Shown here one piece after another: positions 26,842-37,059 of a stretch of 64,000 bases of DNA. Source of the DNA: Candidatus Endomicrobium macrotermitis (GTDB lineage: Bacteria > Elusimicrobiota > Endomicrobiia > Endomicrobiales > Endomicrobiaceae); the NCBI GenBank assembly GCA_031271405.1, contig JAISVT010000039.1:36149-100148 (forward strand), written 5' to 3'. Within the stretch, counting starts at the first letter, position 1. Each line of letters starts with the position of its first letter. The notes below the pieces were generated by a model, which ran no database searches, was not told the DNA's origin, and was given only the letters and a program-made list of their open reading frames with translations. The translations under genes and the position numbers were made by a program.

Positions 26842-28230
26842 ATGAATATGAATATTACTGTTCCGGACAAATTTGCCGGCATAATAGACAAAATTCTGCA
26901 GACTGCCGTTGAAAAAGGGTACGAAACGTACGCTGTCGGAGGGTTTGTCAGGGATTTGTTTATAGGCAGAGAACCGAAAGATCTGGATATTATGGTCGAA
27001 AACATAAACGACCGCGCAGACAGGCTTGCCGGAATAAATTTCTCCAGACAAATCGCCGCGAAATTCGATCTGGGCGAGCCGGTAGTCTTCGAAAGGTTCG
27101 GCACGGCAAAACTTTTTATAGACGGCGAAGAAGTGGAATTTGTCATGCCGCGCAAAGAATATTACGACAGCAGTTCCAGAAATCCGGATACGGAAATCGG
27201 GACGCTCGGGCAAGACGCTTTAAGAAGGGATTTTACGGTCAACGCTTTGTTTTTAAGCCTGAACGATATGCGCGTTTTGGATTTTACGTCCAAAGGGCTT
27301 AAAGACATAGAAGATAAAATCATAAGGATCGCGGATCCCTCCAATTCCGCGGTAATATTTAATCAGGATCCGCTGCGGATTTTGCGCGCCGTGCGGCAAA
27401 GCCTTCAGCTGGGGTTTTCAATAGAAACCGAAACTTATAAAGAAATGAAAGTTTCGCCGGAGCGCATCAAAATAGTTTCTCCCGAGAGAGTAAGAGACGA
27501 AATAAACAAAATACTTGCCGAAAAAAAGCCGTCGGAAGCCTTTAAAATGCTTGACGATATAGATCTTCTCGGCGAGATTTTGCCCGAAATTTCAAGGCTT
27601 AAAAATTTAAAGCAGCCCGAAAAATACCACGCTGACGACGTTTATAACCATACTCTGAAAGTTTTGGACAGGACGGAACCGGAACTCGTTTTAAGAATGT
27701 CGGCGCTGCTTCACGACAGCGGAAAATTCAACGCGTATAAAGAAACCGGCGGAAAAATCACTTTTTACGGCCACGAAAACGAAAGCGTTAAAATCGCCGG
27801 AGACGTTTTAAAGAGGTTAAAGTATCCGAAAGAGTTTGCGCAGAAAGTTTCCGCGGTAATAAAAAACCATATGTATCCGAAAACGTATTCCCCGCAATGG
27901 GGCGACGCGGCGGTAAGAAGATTCGCAAAAGCCGCGGGCGAAAATCTGGAATCGATACTTGCCCTGTCGAGAGCCGATTACGGAAAAACCGGCGGCGAAT
28001 CAAAAATAGGCGAACTTATAAGCAGAATGGAAAATCTGAAAACCGCGGGGCTCTTGTGCCTGAAAGACGAGCTTGTAAACGGCGCGGAAATACTGAAATA
28101 TTTCAATATGCCGCGCGGAGCCTGGGTCGGCGAAGTTAAAAACAAAATAGAGGAATTGCGGCTTGAAAATCCGAAAATAACTAAAAAAGAAGCGTTGGAG
28201 ACCGTAAAAACTCTATTAAAAATCAAATAA
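26842..28230 (+). CDS. cca: CCA tRNA nucleotidyltransferase / poly(A) polymerase family protein with HD domain
   Basis: VGGFVRD..DLD, DALRRDFTVNA, DPLRILRA, ERVRDE, HT...LLHD. CCA vs A-/CC-adding not distinguishable by eye. Confidence 0.88.
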   Translation: MNMNITVPDKFAGIIDKILQTAVEKGYETYAVGGFVRDLFIGREPKDLDIMVENINDRADRLAGINFSRQIAAKFDLGEPVVFERFGTAKLFIDGEEVEFVMPRKEYYDSSSRNPDTEIGTLGQDALRRDFTVNALFLSLNDMRVLDFTSKGLKDIEDKIIRIADPSNSAVIFNQDPLRILRAVRQSLQLGFSIETETYKEMKVSPERIKIVSPERVRDEINKILAEKKPSEAFKMLDDIDLLGEILPEISRLKNLKQPEKYHADDVYNHTLKVLDRTEPELVLRMSALLHDSGKFNAYKETGGKITFYGHENESVKIAGDVLKRLKYPKEFAQKVSAVIKNHMYPKTYSPQWGDAAVRRFAKAAGENLESILALSRADYGKTGGESKIGELISRMENLKTAGLLCLKDELVNGAEILKYFNMPRGAWVGEVKNKIEELRLENPKITKKEALETVKTLLKIK

Positions 28231-28263
28231 AAATGATATAATCTCAAGTCTAAAGAGGGGATA

Positions 28264-28503
28264 ATGAGAGACGAATTAGACCGTCAGGCTCAGGATCGCA
28301 ATAAAAGTTCTCCTGATGAGGATTTGCAGGAGAAGAAAGAAAATATCCAAAACACTTATGATGTCGAAGGCCTTTTGGGCGGCGGGCTTGCCGGACTCGT
28401 GGTAGGCATCATAATATCTTTTGACGCGATTTTTGCTATGGAAATAGGAATGTTTGTAGGTTTGATAATAGGAACGCGGTTCAAAAAAAATAATAATAAT
28501 TAG
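28264..28503 (+). CDS. Small membrane protein with glycine-zipper TM
   Basis: SD gagggg; GLLGGGLAGLVVG and second TM. Confidence 0.65.
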   Translation: MRDELDRQAQDRNKSSPDEDLQEKKENIQNTYDVEGLLGGGLAGLVVGIIISFDAIFAMEIGMFVGLIIGTRFKKNNNN

Positions 28504-28512
28504 CGGGGAATA

Positions 28513-31500
28513 ATGGCTATTAATTATTTTACGGGCATTAAGAAATACATTAACAATTTTTTTGAAAGAGTCGAGTTTCATGCCGAAGACATGAATATTC
28601 TTTTTACGAAATCAAAAAGGGAAGAATACGACAAACTTTTAGAGTTCTACAATACCACGGTCAAGCAAAATCCCACCGACGCGTCGGCGTATTACAACCG
28701 CGGGCAGATACATCACAAAAAAGGAAAATACGAAGACGCCATAAGAGAGTTTACGAAAGCCATAGAATTGGACCCCAATTATTCTTTTGCATATGTCGCA
28801 AGGGGAGAGTCTTACGCCGCTCTCGAACAATTCGATATTTCTCTTGAAGATTTCCGCAAGGCCGTAGAGCTGAATCCCAAAAATTCTACGGTTTTCAGCG
28901 GACTCGGCAACGTTTACAGGCGGCAGGGAAACTACGGCGAAGCGATCCGTTATTTTGACGAAGCGCTGGAGCTCGGCAAGGAAAACGCGGCGGCATATTA
29001 CGGAAGGGCTATGGCGTACAGATACAAGGGAGAAACCGAAAAATCCATAGCCGATTTTACAAAATCGATAGAGCTTAACCCGAACGACGATTATTCCTAC
29101 ACCAACAGAGGCATAGCTTACAGAAACGCGGAAGATTTGGACAATGCGCTGAAAGATTTTAACAAATCTCTCGAAATAGAGCCCGGAAATTCTTTCACTT
29201 TGACCAACAGAGGCATAGCTTACAGGATAATGCTTGACGAAGACGCGGCGGAAAAAGATTTTAAAGACGCCGTTGCAAGCAATCCCGAAGATACGTTTGC
29301 CCATTATAATCTTGCAAACCTGTATAAGTACAAAGGCTTTCCCGATAAGGCTTTCAAGGAAATAGAAAAAGCCATAGAAGTCGATTATAAATTCGCTCCG
29401 GCGTTTTTAATGAGAGCCTATATGTACTGCGAACAGGGCGAATACGATACCGCCATCGAAGATGCCGAGCAGGCTATAGAATTTATGCCGGAAGTGGCGT
29501 TCGCGCGTTTTTTCAAAGGCTATATACAGCACGTAATGAAAGATTTTAACGGCGCGGTGGAAAGTTACCGGATCGCCGTTGACATTAAAGACAATGTTCC
29601 GGAAATATTATACGCTTACGGGCTTTCTGCTTTGGCCGGAAAAGATTTTCAGCTTGCGGATTCGAATTTTACGCGCGCCTTAGAGCTCGGCTTCAAACCC
29701 GCGGAAATATATGTGGCAAGAGGGCAGTCCTTTCTGTCGGTGAAAAACAATCTTCTCGCCGTAAAAGATTTTAACGAAGCTTTAAACAAAGACAACGGCA
29801 TAATCGAAGTTCATTATATGAGAGGGGAAGCTTATTTTAACCTCAAAGAATATAAAAGCGCGGTAAAGGAATTTATTGAATGCGCGGAAAACAATTATCA
29901 GAAAGCCGAGTCGTTTTATTTTGCCGCAGCCGCGTATTTCGAGCTTGAAAAATACAGGGATGCCGCGTCTTTTTTTACAAAAGCGAAAGATGCGGGGTAT
30001 TCGGTTTCGGAAATATATAAACGCCGTGCGAAAGCTTATCTGAAAATTGACGAAAAAAAAGAAGCTCTTGACGATTTGCAAAGAGCCGTTAAAGAAACCC
30101 CGCAGAATCCTTCCCTGTACAAAACCCTTGCCGAAGTTATGATCGACGAAAAGAAATACGAAGAGGCTTTGGGATACGCCGATGAAGCCGTAAGTTTGTC
30201 GCAAAATGACGAGACGGCTTATTATTTGAGAGCTAAAATAAAATTCGCGCAGAAAGATTTCAAAGGGGCGATTGAAGACTGCGAAAAAGCCGGCGAATTG
30301 TCTCCGGATTACGCAGACGCCATTCTTTTGAAAGCCGACGCGCATATGTACGAGGGGAATCTTGAACAGGCGGAAAAAGATTACGATTCCGTTTTGGTTT
30401 TAAGGCCTACCAGCGGCGACGCGTATCTTAAAAGAGCGTTGTTTTTCCTTAAAACGGGAAAGTTTGAAAGATCTCTCACCGATATTGACGAAGCGCTGGC
30501 GATAGACGACAACAATCCTTCGGCCTATCTTTACAAAGGCGTCATATACAGAAATATGGGAAATTTCGGAGACTCTCTCAAAAATTACGATATGGCTTTG
30601 AAAATATATTCGAACGATAAAGTCATAAAAAGCAGCAAAGGGATGTTTGAGTTCAAAGATTATTATAAAAGCCATTCCGGGGATCTTGCGGGTCTTCACG
30701 GCGACATAGAAAAGATTAACCAGGAAATACCGGGTTACGATAAAGTCATAAAAGCGGATCTTTTTGAAGAGAGCGGCGTTACTCTTTCGGGCGGAGAAAA
30801 AAAGAAAACCGCGTACGACTCTCCCGAAATGCCTAAAGAGTTGTCGGAAATAACCAAACTTAAAACTCTCAAGCCCGAGAAACTTTCCGCTGAAAGGGGT
30901 TCCTCTGCGGCTAAACATGAAAGTCTGAAGAATGAAGACGATGAATTCGAAATTTCGGCGCCGAAAAAGAGAGAATCCGAAGACGATGAAGATATTTTCG
31001 ATATTTCCGTTCCGGCCGCTCCAAAAAGCGGCGGCAGAGAAGAAAAATCCGGAGATGCCGCTGATGACGATTCGGACGGCGGAGCGGACGGCGATGCGGT
31101 TGTCGCCGGCGGATTGAAAGATAAACTTAAAGACATAGACGAACTGATAAAAAACTTTAAAAACAAAAGCGGCCCGCAAAAATCTTCCGACCCTGTGCCC
31201 GAAAGAAAAAAAGAAGAGAGTTTGCTTGACGATATAAAAGAAAAGAGCCCCCGCCGCGAAACCCCCGCGCCCAAGCCTGCCGCGGATACGGATGAGGAAG
31301 AATCGGGAATGAGCGCGAGCGAGAGTTTAAAGCAGAAGCTTGCCAATATCGACAAGGTGTTAAAAGACAGCCCTCAGCAGCTTATTCAAAGAGCGGAAAA
31401 GAAAAGAACCATTTTTATAGAAGAAGATAAAAAACCCGAAGCAAAGAAGGACTTTTCCAATATAACGACTTTCGGCGAAGCGATAGAAGCAATAAAAGCC

Positions 31501-34500
31501 GAGCCTGACAATTATAAGCATTATATGGCGAGAGCCGCGCTTTATCTGAAAAAAGAGGATTATGAAAACGCTCTTGAAGATTATAAGCGCGCCGAGAAAG
31601 CTACGGCTTCCAAAGACGTATCCGTCTTAAAAGAAACGGGCGACCTGTACTTTATGCTCGGCAAAAACGAGGAAGCCGAGTCCGTCTATACAAAAGCTTT
31701 GGAAATAGACTCCGAAAATTCGGAAATGTTTATCAAAAGGGCGCAGGTTTACGAAGTTATGGGCAGGGAAAAAGATTTTTACAGGGATATAGCCGCGGCC
31801 ATCGAGTCCGACCCGAATAACGTTCAGCCTTTTGCTATGCGCGCCGAGTATAATGTCGGCAAAAACGCTTTTCATGACGCTTTGAGCGACATTAACGAAG
31901 TCATTAAGGCTTACCCCGATAATCCGAGCACCAGATATTTCAGAGGTTTCGTTTATTTCAATCTCGAAAAATACCGCGACTGCTTCGATGAAATGCAGAT
32001 AGCTTTGCAGCTGAAAACGGAAGAACCGGAAGTATATAAGTATTTGGGAATAAGCAGTTTTAAGATGTTCAAATATCCCGAAGCCGAGGATTTCTTCAAA
32101 CAGGCCGTGGACGCGGGAGTAAAAGACAAGGATGTTTTTTATTATAAAGCCAGAACCGAGTTCAGAATCGGCGACTTTGACAAATCCACCGAAGATATTT
32201 CCGCGGCGATAGAGCTTGACGCGCAGGATTATAAAAACTACGTTCTCAGAGCCAGAAATTACGATAAAAAAGGAAATTTTGAGAAAGGGAACAGGGATTA
32301 TGAAAAGGCCGTTAAGCTAAATCCGTCTGACGCGGCTTTGCTTACCGAAAAAGCGGATTATATGTTTAAAAACGAAAAATATGCAGTCGCGCTTAAAGAT
32401 TATTCCACCGCTATAGAACTCGATGAGTTTAACGCCGAACTGTATAGAAAGCGCGGTCTGACAAATCAAAAACTCGACAAACCGAAAATAGCCCAGGAAG
32501 ATTTTGCAAAAGCCTACAGTTTAAATCCCGATATAGACGTGCCTCTTGAAAGGGAAAAAGTCGTATTAAGGCCTGCGGGAAAGAAAGTTCCCGGAAGGCC
32601 TGCTTTGGATTTGAAAGGGCCGAAAGCCGCCAGAGTTGCGTCTTCTGCGCCTGAAGAGCCCGTAAAGGAAAAGCCGGAACCGGACTCCTCTCAAAAAAAG
32701 GAAAGTATTTTTGAAGAGCCAGAACAGCAGCAGTCCGGGCCTGCGCCTGTAAATATTGAGCCGGAAAACGGCTCCGTAAAAGAGCAGGAACCCGAACCGC
32801 AAACAGAATCTGAAAAAGGGATCGATATTGCCGCCTCGCAGACAGACGATATTATTACTGCGAAAGAACCGGTAAATATTGAAGATACGCCCGAATATGC
32901 CGTAGAAATTATTGATCCGAATAAGCCCGAACCCGCGCAGTCTCAATCCGGGGATAATGAAAACTTCGAAGTATTTGAACCGGTGGTTCCCTCACGGCTT
33001 GCATCCAAGGAACAACAGCCCGAGCCCGGTTTCCAAACTTTTGAAGCAGAATCCGCGCAGCCCCAGCCTGCGGATAATGAAAAGTTCGAAGTGTTCGGGT
33101 CCGCGGTTACCGCACAGCCTGCGTCCGAAGAACAGCAACAGCCCGAGCCCGGTTTTCAAACTTTTGAAACAGAATCCGCGCAGCCTCAGCCTGCGGATAA
33201 TGAAAAGTTCGAAGTATTCGGGTCTGCGGCTCCGGCACAGCCTGCGCCCGAAGTACAACAACAACAGCCGGAACCGGGTTTCAATGCTTTCGGGGCTAAA
33301 ATCGAGCCTCAGCCTGAAATGCCTGTAAAGCGGGAAACGGTAAGGGAAGAAAGGCCGAAGCCCGAGAAAATGAAAACTATTTCCACGGTCATAGAACAGA
33401 CCATGGATGTCGAATTGTGTCCCGCGTCCGAAGAAGATTTGCAGTTTTTTAGCGACAGTATAATGTCTGTCGTGCAGGGTAACGATAATTCGAAAGGATA
33501 CGCGCAGCAAACCATAGATTCCATACGCGGCGGCGATTATTCCGCCGCTCTTGAAAATATAAACAAGGTAACGGATTTTCATCCTGAAGACGCCAAGATA
33601 AAGTACATAAGAGGGTTTATTTATTACAATCTCAAAAATTTTAAAAGCGCGTATGAAGATATGTACAGGGTATTGATATTGGATCCCGAAGGAAACAGAA
33701 GTAAAAACGAATCCGCGATTTACAGATTTTTGGGAATAAGCAGTTTTATGATTTTTAAATTTTTAGACGCCGTGAAATATTTGAATCAGGCTGTGAGTTT
33801 CGGGTTTGCCGATAAAGACGTTTACTATTTTAAAGCCGAGTCCGAATATAAAACCGGCGATATGGAAGCCGCTATAGACGATATCACGAAAGCAATAGGA
33901 ATAGATCCGGACGATTACAGGCTCTATGTTTCAAGAGCCAGAAGTTATTCGAGAAAGAATATTTTCGATAAAGCGAATAAAGATTACGAGAAAGCCGTCA
34001 AATTGCGTTCCGGCGATACGAAAGTGCTTATCGAAAAGGCAAAATTTCTTTATAAGTTTGCCAAGTATTCCGACGCTCTTGAAGATTATACGTCAGCCAT
34101 AGAGATAGATCCGTTCAATAAGGAAACATACAAAAAACGCGCCGAGACATATCTTAAATTAAACAAGCCTAAACAGGCTGACGATGATTTTAGAAGGGCA
34201 GGCATTGACGATGCTTCCGTCGGCGGTTTGACGGCCGGAGCGGATTTGTCAAGAAGCGAGGATGCCGGAGGAAAAGCGCCCGCCGGCGAAAACGGCGGCT
34301 CGAAACCGCGCGGCGGCGTTCCCGTTCAAAAAGTCGAGTCTGTCTATGAAGAGCCTCCTGCGGAACAATCTTCCGGCTTTTTCGGAAAACTTTTCGGAAA
34401 GAAAGAGAAACTTAAAGAGGTCATAAAACCGACGGACAGCAGAGTGAGCGAAGTAAACCGTCCTTCCCAGCCTGCCGCTGCGCCTCAGGCTAAAGGCAAA

Positions 34501-35001
34501 AACGGCGTTTTGGGCGCTGCGCCGGCAGCCAGTGTCAAATTGGATATCCCCACTCTTTTTACAAGGGCTAACGTCAACTTCAAAAATAAAAAATACGATT
34601 TGGCTTTGGACGATTTGTCCAAAATACTGGACGAGGATAAAAACAACGCGCAGTACTATATTCTGAGGGCGGATGTCTATGCCAATACCGGCAAAAAAGA
34701 CAAGGCTTTGGAAGATCTCGATAAAGCCTTAAGGGTTTCTCCGGAAACGTTCGCCGCCTATTTTAAAAGAGGCGAAATATATTATTCGGAAAATAAAATA
34801 GACGAAGCGCTTGCAGATTATAAAAAAACAATTTCGCTCAACCCCAAACACGGCGGAGCTCATTTCGGAATAGGAAACGTATACGCGCAAAAAGGCGATA
34901 AAACCGCGGCCGTGGAAAGTTATAAAGAAGCGAAAAAATCGGACATAAAATACGGGAAACCCGCGGACACGGAAATACAAAAATTGACGGGCGGCAATTA
35001 G
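28513..35001 (+). CDS. Large tetratricopeptide-repeat protein (2162 aa) with acidic/Pro-rich linkers
   Basis: Many 34-aa TPR units (e.g. AYYNRG...A..DF.KAIEL.P); no signal peptide. Confidence 0.9.
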   Translation: MAINYFTGIKKYINNFFERVEFHAEDMNILFTKSKREEYDKLLEFYNTTVKQNPTDASAYYNRGQIHHKKGKYEDAIREFTKAIELDPNYSFAYVARGESYAALEQFDISLEDFRKAVELNPKNSTVFSGLGNVYRRQGNYGEAIRYFDEALELGKENAAAYYGRAMAYRYKGETEKSIADFTKSIELNPNDDYSYTNRGIAYRNAEDLDNALKDFNKSLEIEPGNSFTLTNRGIAYRIMLDEDAAEKDFKDAVASNPEDTFAHYNLANLYKYKGFPDKAFKEIEKAIEVDYKFAPAFLMRAYMYCEQGEYDTAIEDAEQAIEFMPEVAFARFFKGYIQHVMKDFNGAVESYRIAVDIKDNVPEILYAYGLSALAGKDFQLADSNFTRALELGFKPAEIYVARGQSFLSVKNNLLAVKDFNEALNKDNGIIEVHYMRGEAYFNLKEYKSAVKEFIECAENNYQKAESFYFAAAAYFELEKYRDAASFFTKAKDAGYSVSEIYKRRAKAYLKIDEKKEALDDLQRAVKETPQNPSLYKTLAEVMIDEKKYEEALGYADEAVSLSQNDETAYYLRAKIKFAQKDFKGAIEDCEKAGELSPDYADAILLKADAHMYEGNLEQAEKDYDSVLVLRPTSGDAYLKRALFFLKTGKFERSLTDIDEALAIDDNNPSAYLYKGVIYRNMGNFGDSLKNYDMALKIYSNDKVIKSSKGMFEFKDYYKSHSGDLAGLHGDIEKINQEIPGYDKVIKADLFEESGVTLSGGEKKKTAYDSPEMPKELSEITKLKTLKPEKLSAERGSSAAKHESLKNEDDEFEISAPKKRESEDDEDIFDISVPAAPKSGGREEKSGDAADDDSDGGADGDAVVAGGLKDKLKDIDELIKNFKNKSGPQKSSDPVPERKKEESLLDDIKEKSPRRETPAPKPAADTDEEESGMSASESLKQKLANIDKVLKDSPQQLIQRAEKKRTIFIEEDKKPEAKKDFSNITTFGEAIEAIKAEPDNYKHYMARAALYLKKEDYENALEDYKRAEKATASKDVSVLKETGDLYFMLGKNEEAESVYTKALEIDSENSEMFIKRAQVYEVMGREKDFYRDIAAAIESDPNNVQPFAMRAEYNVGKNAFHDALSDINEVIKAYPDNPSTRYFRGFVYFNLEKYRDCFDEMQIALQLKTEEPEVYKYLGISSFKMFKYPEAEDFFKQAVDAGVKDKDVFYYKARTEFRIGDFDKSTEDISAAIELDAQDYKNYVLRARNYDKKGNFEKGNRDYEKAVKLNPSDAALLTEKADYMFKNEKYAVALKDYSTAIELDEFNAELYRKRGLTNQKLDKPKIAQEDFAKAYSLNPDIDVPLEREKVVLRPAGKKVPGRPALDLKGPKAARVASSAPEEPVKEKPEPDSSQKKESIFEEPEQQQSGPAPVNIEPENGSVKEQEPEPQTESEKGIDIAASQTDDIITAKEPVNIEDTPEYAVEIIDPNKPEPAQSQSGDNENFEVFEPVVPSRLASKEQQPEPGFQTFEAESAQPQPADNEKFEVFGSAVTAQPASEEQQQPEPGFQTFETESAQPQPADNEKFEVFGSAAPAQPAPEVQQQQPEPGFNAFGAKIEPQPEMPVKRETVREERPKPEKMKTISTVIEQTMDVELCPASEEDLQFFSDSIMSVVQGNDNSKGYAQQTIDSIRGGDYSAALENINKVTDFHPEDAKIKYIRGFIYYNLKNFKSAYEDMYRVLILDPEGNRSKNESAIYRFLGISSFMIFKFLDAVKYLNQAVSFGFADKDVYYFKAESEYKTGDMEAAIDDITKAIGIDPDDYRLYVSRARSYSRKNIFDKANKDYEKAVKLRSGDTKVLIEKAKFLYKFAKYSDALEDYTSAIEIDPFNKETYKKRAETYLKLNKPKQADDDFRRAGIDDASVGGLTAGADLSRSEDAGGKAPAGENGGSKPRGGVPVQKVESVYEEPPAEQSSGFFGKLFGKKEKLKEVIKPTDSRVSEVNRPSQPAAAPQAKGKNGVLGAAPAASVKLDIPTLFTRANVNFKNKKYDLALDDLSKILDEDKNNAQYYILRADVYANTGKKDKALEDLDKALRVSPETFAAYFKRGEIYYSENKIDEALADYKKTISLNPKHGGAHFGIGNVYAQKGDKTAAVESYKEAKKSDIKYGKPADTEIQKLTGGN
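32932..33290 (+). repeat. Coding tandem repeat, period 123-126 bp (QPEPGFQTFE...ADNEKFEVFGSA)
   Basis: cagcc(c/g)ga(g/a)cc units start at 33016, 33139 and 33265; degenerate partial copy from ~32932. Confidence 0.9.
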
Positions 35002-35041
35002 CCGCGCACGTAAAACGGCGTAATTTCAACGGAGGCGTAAA

Positions 35042-35200
35042 ATGGAAAAATGGAAATGTGCGGCTTGCGGTTTTGTATATGATCCCGCCAAAGGAGATCC
35101 CGATTCCGGCATAGCTGCAGGAACTCCTTTCGAAAAACTTCCCGAAGATTGGTCTTGTCCCGTATGCGGGGCGGCCAAGGACGCTTTTGAGAAAGAATGA
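35042..35200 (+). CDS. Rubredoxin (52 aa; not in the supplied ORF track)
   Basis: [52 protein letters not shown]; SD ggagg. Confidence 0.97.
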   Translation: MEKWKCAACGFVYDPAKGDPDSGIAAGTPFEKLPEDWSCPVCGAAKDAFEKE

Positions 35201-35283
35201 TTACGGCAGGCGAATAGAGGCGTAGGCGCATGGACGCACGGCAAAAACAAAAAGTTTTTCCATGCGTCTGTGCATCTTTTAAT

Positions 35284-36531
35284 ATGAAACAAATATATTT
35301 GGACAACCAGTCTAATACCGTTCTTGACGAAAAAGTTTTTGAAGCGATGAAACCGTATTTTTTTGAAAACTACGGAAATCCTCAAAGCATATATTCTTTG
35401 GGCGGCCGCTCTAAAGACGCCCTTGAAACCGCAAGAAAGCAGGTCGCGCAGCTTATAAACGCAAACCCTTCCGAAATAATTTTTACTTCGTGCGCAACGG
35501 AATCCAACAATCTGGCAATAAAAGGCATAGCGGACGCTTATAAGGATAGAGGCAGACATATAATAGTGTCTGCCATAGAGCATTTTTCGGTTTTAAATCC
35601 CGTAAAAAGGCTTGAAAAAGAAGGGTTTGAAGTCACTTATATTCCCGTTGACAATAAAGGGAACGTAAACGAAGCGGAGTTACGGAAAGCTTTAAGAGCC
35701 GATACCGTTTTAGCGTCTATCCAGTTTGCAAACCCCGAAACGGGGACTATACAGAATATAAAAAGGCTTGCGGAGCTGGTCAAAAACGGAAGCAATGCGC
35801 TCTTTCATACCGACGCGGTAAGCGCGTGCGGGACGATACCGGTTGACGTTTCCGATTCGGGCGTTGACGCTTTAACTTTTTCGGCTTCCGTAATGTACGG
35901 CCCGAAAGGCGCGGCTGCTTTATATCTTAAAAAAGGCGTAAGAATAACGCCGCAAATAGAAGGCGGAGTTCAGGAAAACTCGAAACGTTCCGGAACGGAA
36001 AATATTCCCGCAATAGCCGGTTTCGGCAAAGCATGCGAAACGGCAAAATCGGAACTTGCGCAAAACGCGGAAAAAATTAAAGTTTTAAGAGACAAACTCA
36101 TTTCGGGACTTACGGAAAGAATAGAGCATATTTATTTGAACGGCGCGCTTCAAAATGAAAACCGCCTGCCCGTAAACGTGAACTTTTCCATAGAATTTGT
36201 AGAGGGAGAATCGTTGTTTTTGTTATTGGACGCCAAGGGCATTATGGCGGCTTCGGGCTCTGCGTGCGCAAATAAAAACCTGAAACTTTCCCACGTTTTA
36301 AACGCGATGGGCGTTGACACGGCTGTCGGACAAGGGTCTATTTTATTTACGCTTTCAAAGTACAATACGCAAGAAGAGATAGATTGCGTTTTGGAAGAAT
36401 TTCCGAAAATAGTGCAAAGGCTGAGAGACATGTCGCCTTTATATTCTTATTTCGTTAAAACCGGCGAAAGAAAACCGGCCGGACCGGGAACCGATTATGA
36501 CGTGCACGATCACTGCGAAACGCAAGAGTGA
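35284..36531 (+). CDS. iscS: IscS/NifS-like cysteine desulfurase family protein lacking the PLP lysine
   Basis: YLDN, FTSCATESNN, IEH, HTDAV, YGPKG, RSGTEN, SGSAC; SAHK motif reads SASV. Confidence 0.88.
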   Translation: MKQIYLDNQSNTVLDEKVFEAMKPYFFENYGNPQSIYSLGGRSKDALETARKQVAQLINANPSEIIFTSCATESNNLAIKGIADAYKDRGRHIIVSAIEHFSVLNPVKRLEKEGFEVTYIPVDNKGNVNEAELRKALRADTVLASIQFANPETGTIQNIKRLAELVKNGSNALFHTDAVSACGTIPVDVSDSGVDALTFSASVMYGPKGAAALYLKKGVRITPQIEGGVQENSKRSGTENIPAIAGFGKACETAKSELAQNAEKIKVLRDKLISGLTERIEHIYLNGALQNENRLPVNVNFSIEFVEGESLFLLLDAKGIMAASGSACANKNLKLSHVLNAMGVDTAVGQGSILFTLSKYNTQEEIDCVLEEFPKIVQRLRDMSPLYSYFVKTGERKPAGPGTDYDVHDHCETQE

Positions 36532-36668
36532 AAAGTGAAAATATTGCCGTTCGTACTGTAAGATTGTATAAGTCTTTATGCGGAAAGAAGAATGTTGCCG
36601 GCTGCAGCAAACACGATGCGGAGTCAAAAGAGTAAAGTTTAATTTTTGTTGAGGATATCTTCACTCTC
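36526..36668. repeat. Intergenic element with gagtgaa heptamer arms (inverted ends)
   Basis: Left gagtgaaaagtgaaaata, right tatcttcactctc. Confidence 0.6.
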
Positions 36669-36687
36669 ATCTCCGGAGGAGATAATA

Positions 36688-37059
36688 ATGGCGTTTTATT
36701 CGGATAAAGTTATGGATCATTTCGCGAATCCGCGCAATGTCGGCGAAATAAAAGATGCGGACGGCGTAGGCGAAATAGGAAACCCCGTTTGCGGCGATAT
36801 GATGACCTTTTACATTAAAGTAAAAGGCGATAAAATAGAAGACGTGAAATTTAAAACTTTCGGCTGCGGAGCCGCCATAGCCGTTTCGTCCATGGTTTCG
36901 GAAATGGCCAAAGGAAAAACTCTCGACGAAGCTCTTTCCATTACAAACGCCGACGTCGCAAAAGAACTCGGAGGGCTTCCTCCGAACAAAATGCACTGTT
37001 CAAACCTCGGGGCGGACGCTCTTCACAGGGCAATTGAAGATTATAAGAAAAAACAATAA
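36688..37059 (+). CDS. iscU: Fe-S cluster scaffold IscU/NifU-N
   Basis: YSDKVMDHFANPRNVG, CGD, FGCGAAIA, KMHCSNL; SD ggagg. Confidence 0.95.
   Translation: MAFYSDKVMDHFANPRNVGEIKDADGVGEIGNPVCGDMMTFYIKVKGDKIEDVKFKTFGCGAAIAVSSMVSEMAKGKTLDEALSITNADVAKELGGLPPNKMHCSNLGADALHRAIEDYKKKQ

Noticed and set aside
32932-33290. CRISPR-like array
   Set aside because: Units are contiguous, in-frame coding repeats with no unique spacers; no cas genes in the window.
35228-35273. Imperfect hairpin upstream of the IscS-like gene as a regulatory RNA
   Set aside because: Single imperfect stem with no known consensus; insufficient support.
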